Assembly (NCBI GenBank): GCA_944320015.1
Contig: CALUFO010000005.1
Span: 1-24,000, forward strand
From: an uncultured Barnesiella sp.
GTDB taxonomy: Bacteria; Bacteroidota; Bacteroidia; Bacteroidales; Barnesiellaceae
DNA length: 24,000 nt
Reading direction: 5' to 3'
The notes below the pieces were generated by a model. That model had not been told where the DNA came from. It was given only the letters and a program-made list of their open reading frames with translations, and ran no database searches. Below are positions 23,827 through 24,000 of the stretch, one piece after another (the first letter of the stretch is position 1; each line of letters starts with the position of its first letter). A program made the position numbers and the translations under genes.

Positions 23827-24000
23827 TTATTTGGCTCGTTCGATATAAGAACCGTCGCGGGTATCGACCACGATCTTCTCGCCCGTCTCGATAAAGAGAG
23901 GCACACGCACCGTAGCCCCGGTCTCGACCGTAGCGGGTTTCGTCGTGTTGGTGGCGGTATCGCCTTTCAACCCCGGCTCGGTATAGGTAACTTCCAACTG
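23827..24000 (-). CDS. efp: Elongation factor P, C-terminal part (truncated by the window edge)
   Basis: Manual translation: ...[57 protein letters not shown] is the EF-P C-terminus. Confidence 0.95.
   Translation of the reverse strand, partial: QLEVTYTEPGLKGDTATNTTKPATVETGATVRVPLFIETGEKIVVDTRDGSYIERAK

Overview
This 24 kb window looks like a Bacteroidales chromosome carrying type IX secretion (T9SS) genes. On the + strand it has tRNA-Pro(CGG), an AraC-family regulator, rplU-rpmA, a DUF559 endonuclease-like gene and an XRE/HigA-like antitoxin. On the - strand it has a 2[4Fe-4S] ferredoxin, a T9SS-cargo-like protein, ispF-porV-porU-FAH-rex, a lipoprotein, a lipoprotein pseudogene, a second PorU-like C25 peptidase, radC, a GT2 glycosyltransferase, another T9SS cargo and the 3' end of efp. 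The most unusual signal is a dense family of about 70-bp palindromic elements, roughly 20 copies, all intergenic. Their outer arms are conserved and G.T-asymmetric, while the hairpin tips are swapped with compensation (TTTTGC/GCAAAA, TTCCC/GGGAA, TGGC/GCCA, TCAC/GTGA, TGGT/ACCA). The family includes a perfect-period 213-bp tandem array beside the DUF559 gene, with a fourth copy of the same unit on the gene's other side. A second structured repeat family of about 200 bp, with its own compensatory change, is joined to these hairpins. I propose a candidate repeat/nuclease system (DUF559 plus palindromic elements). Mobility, function and novelty are untested.
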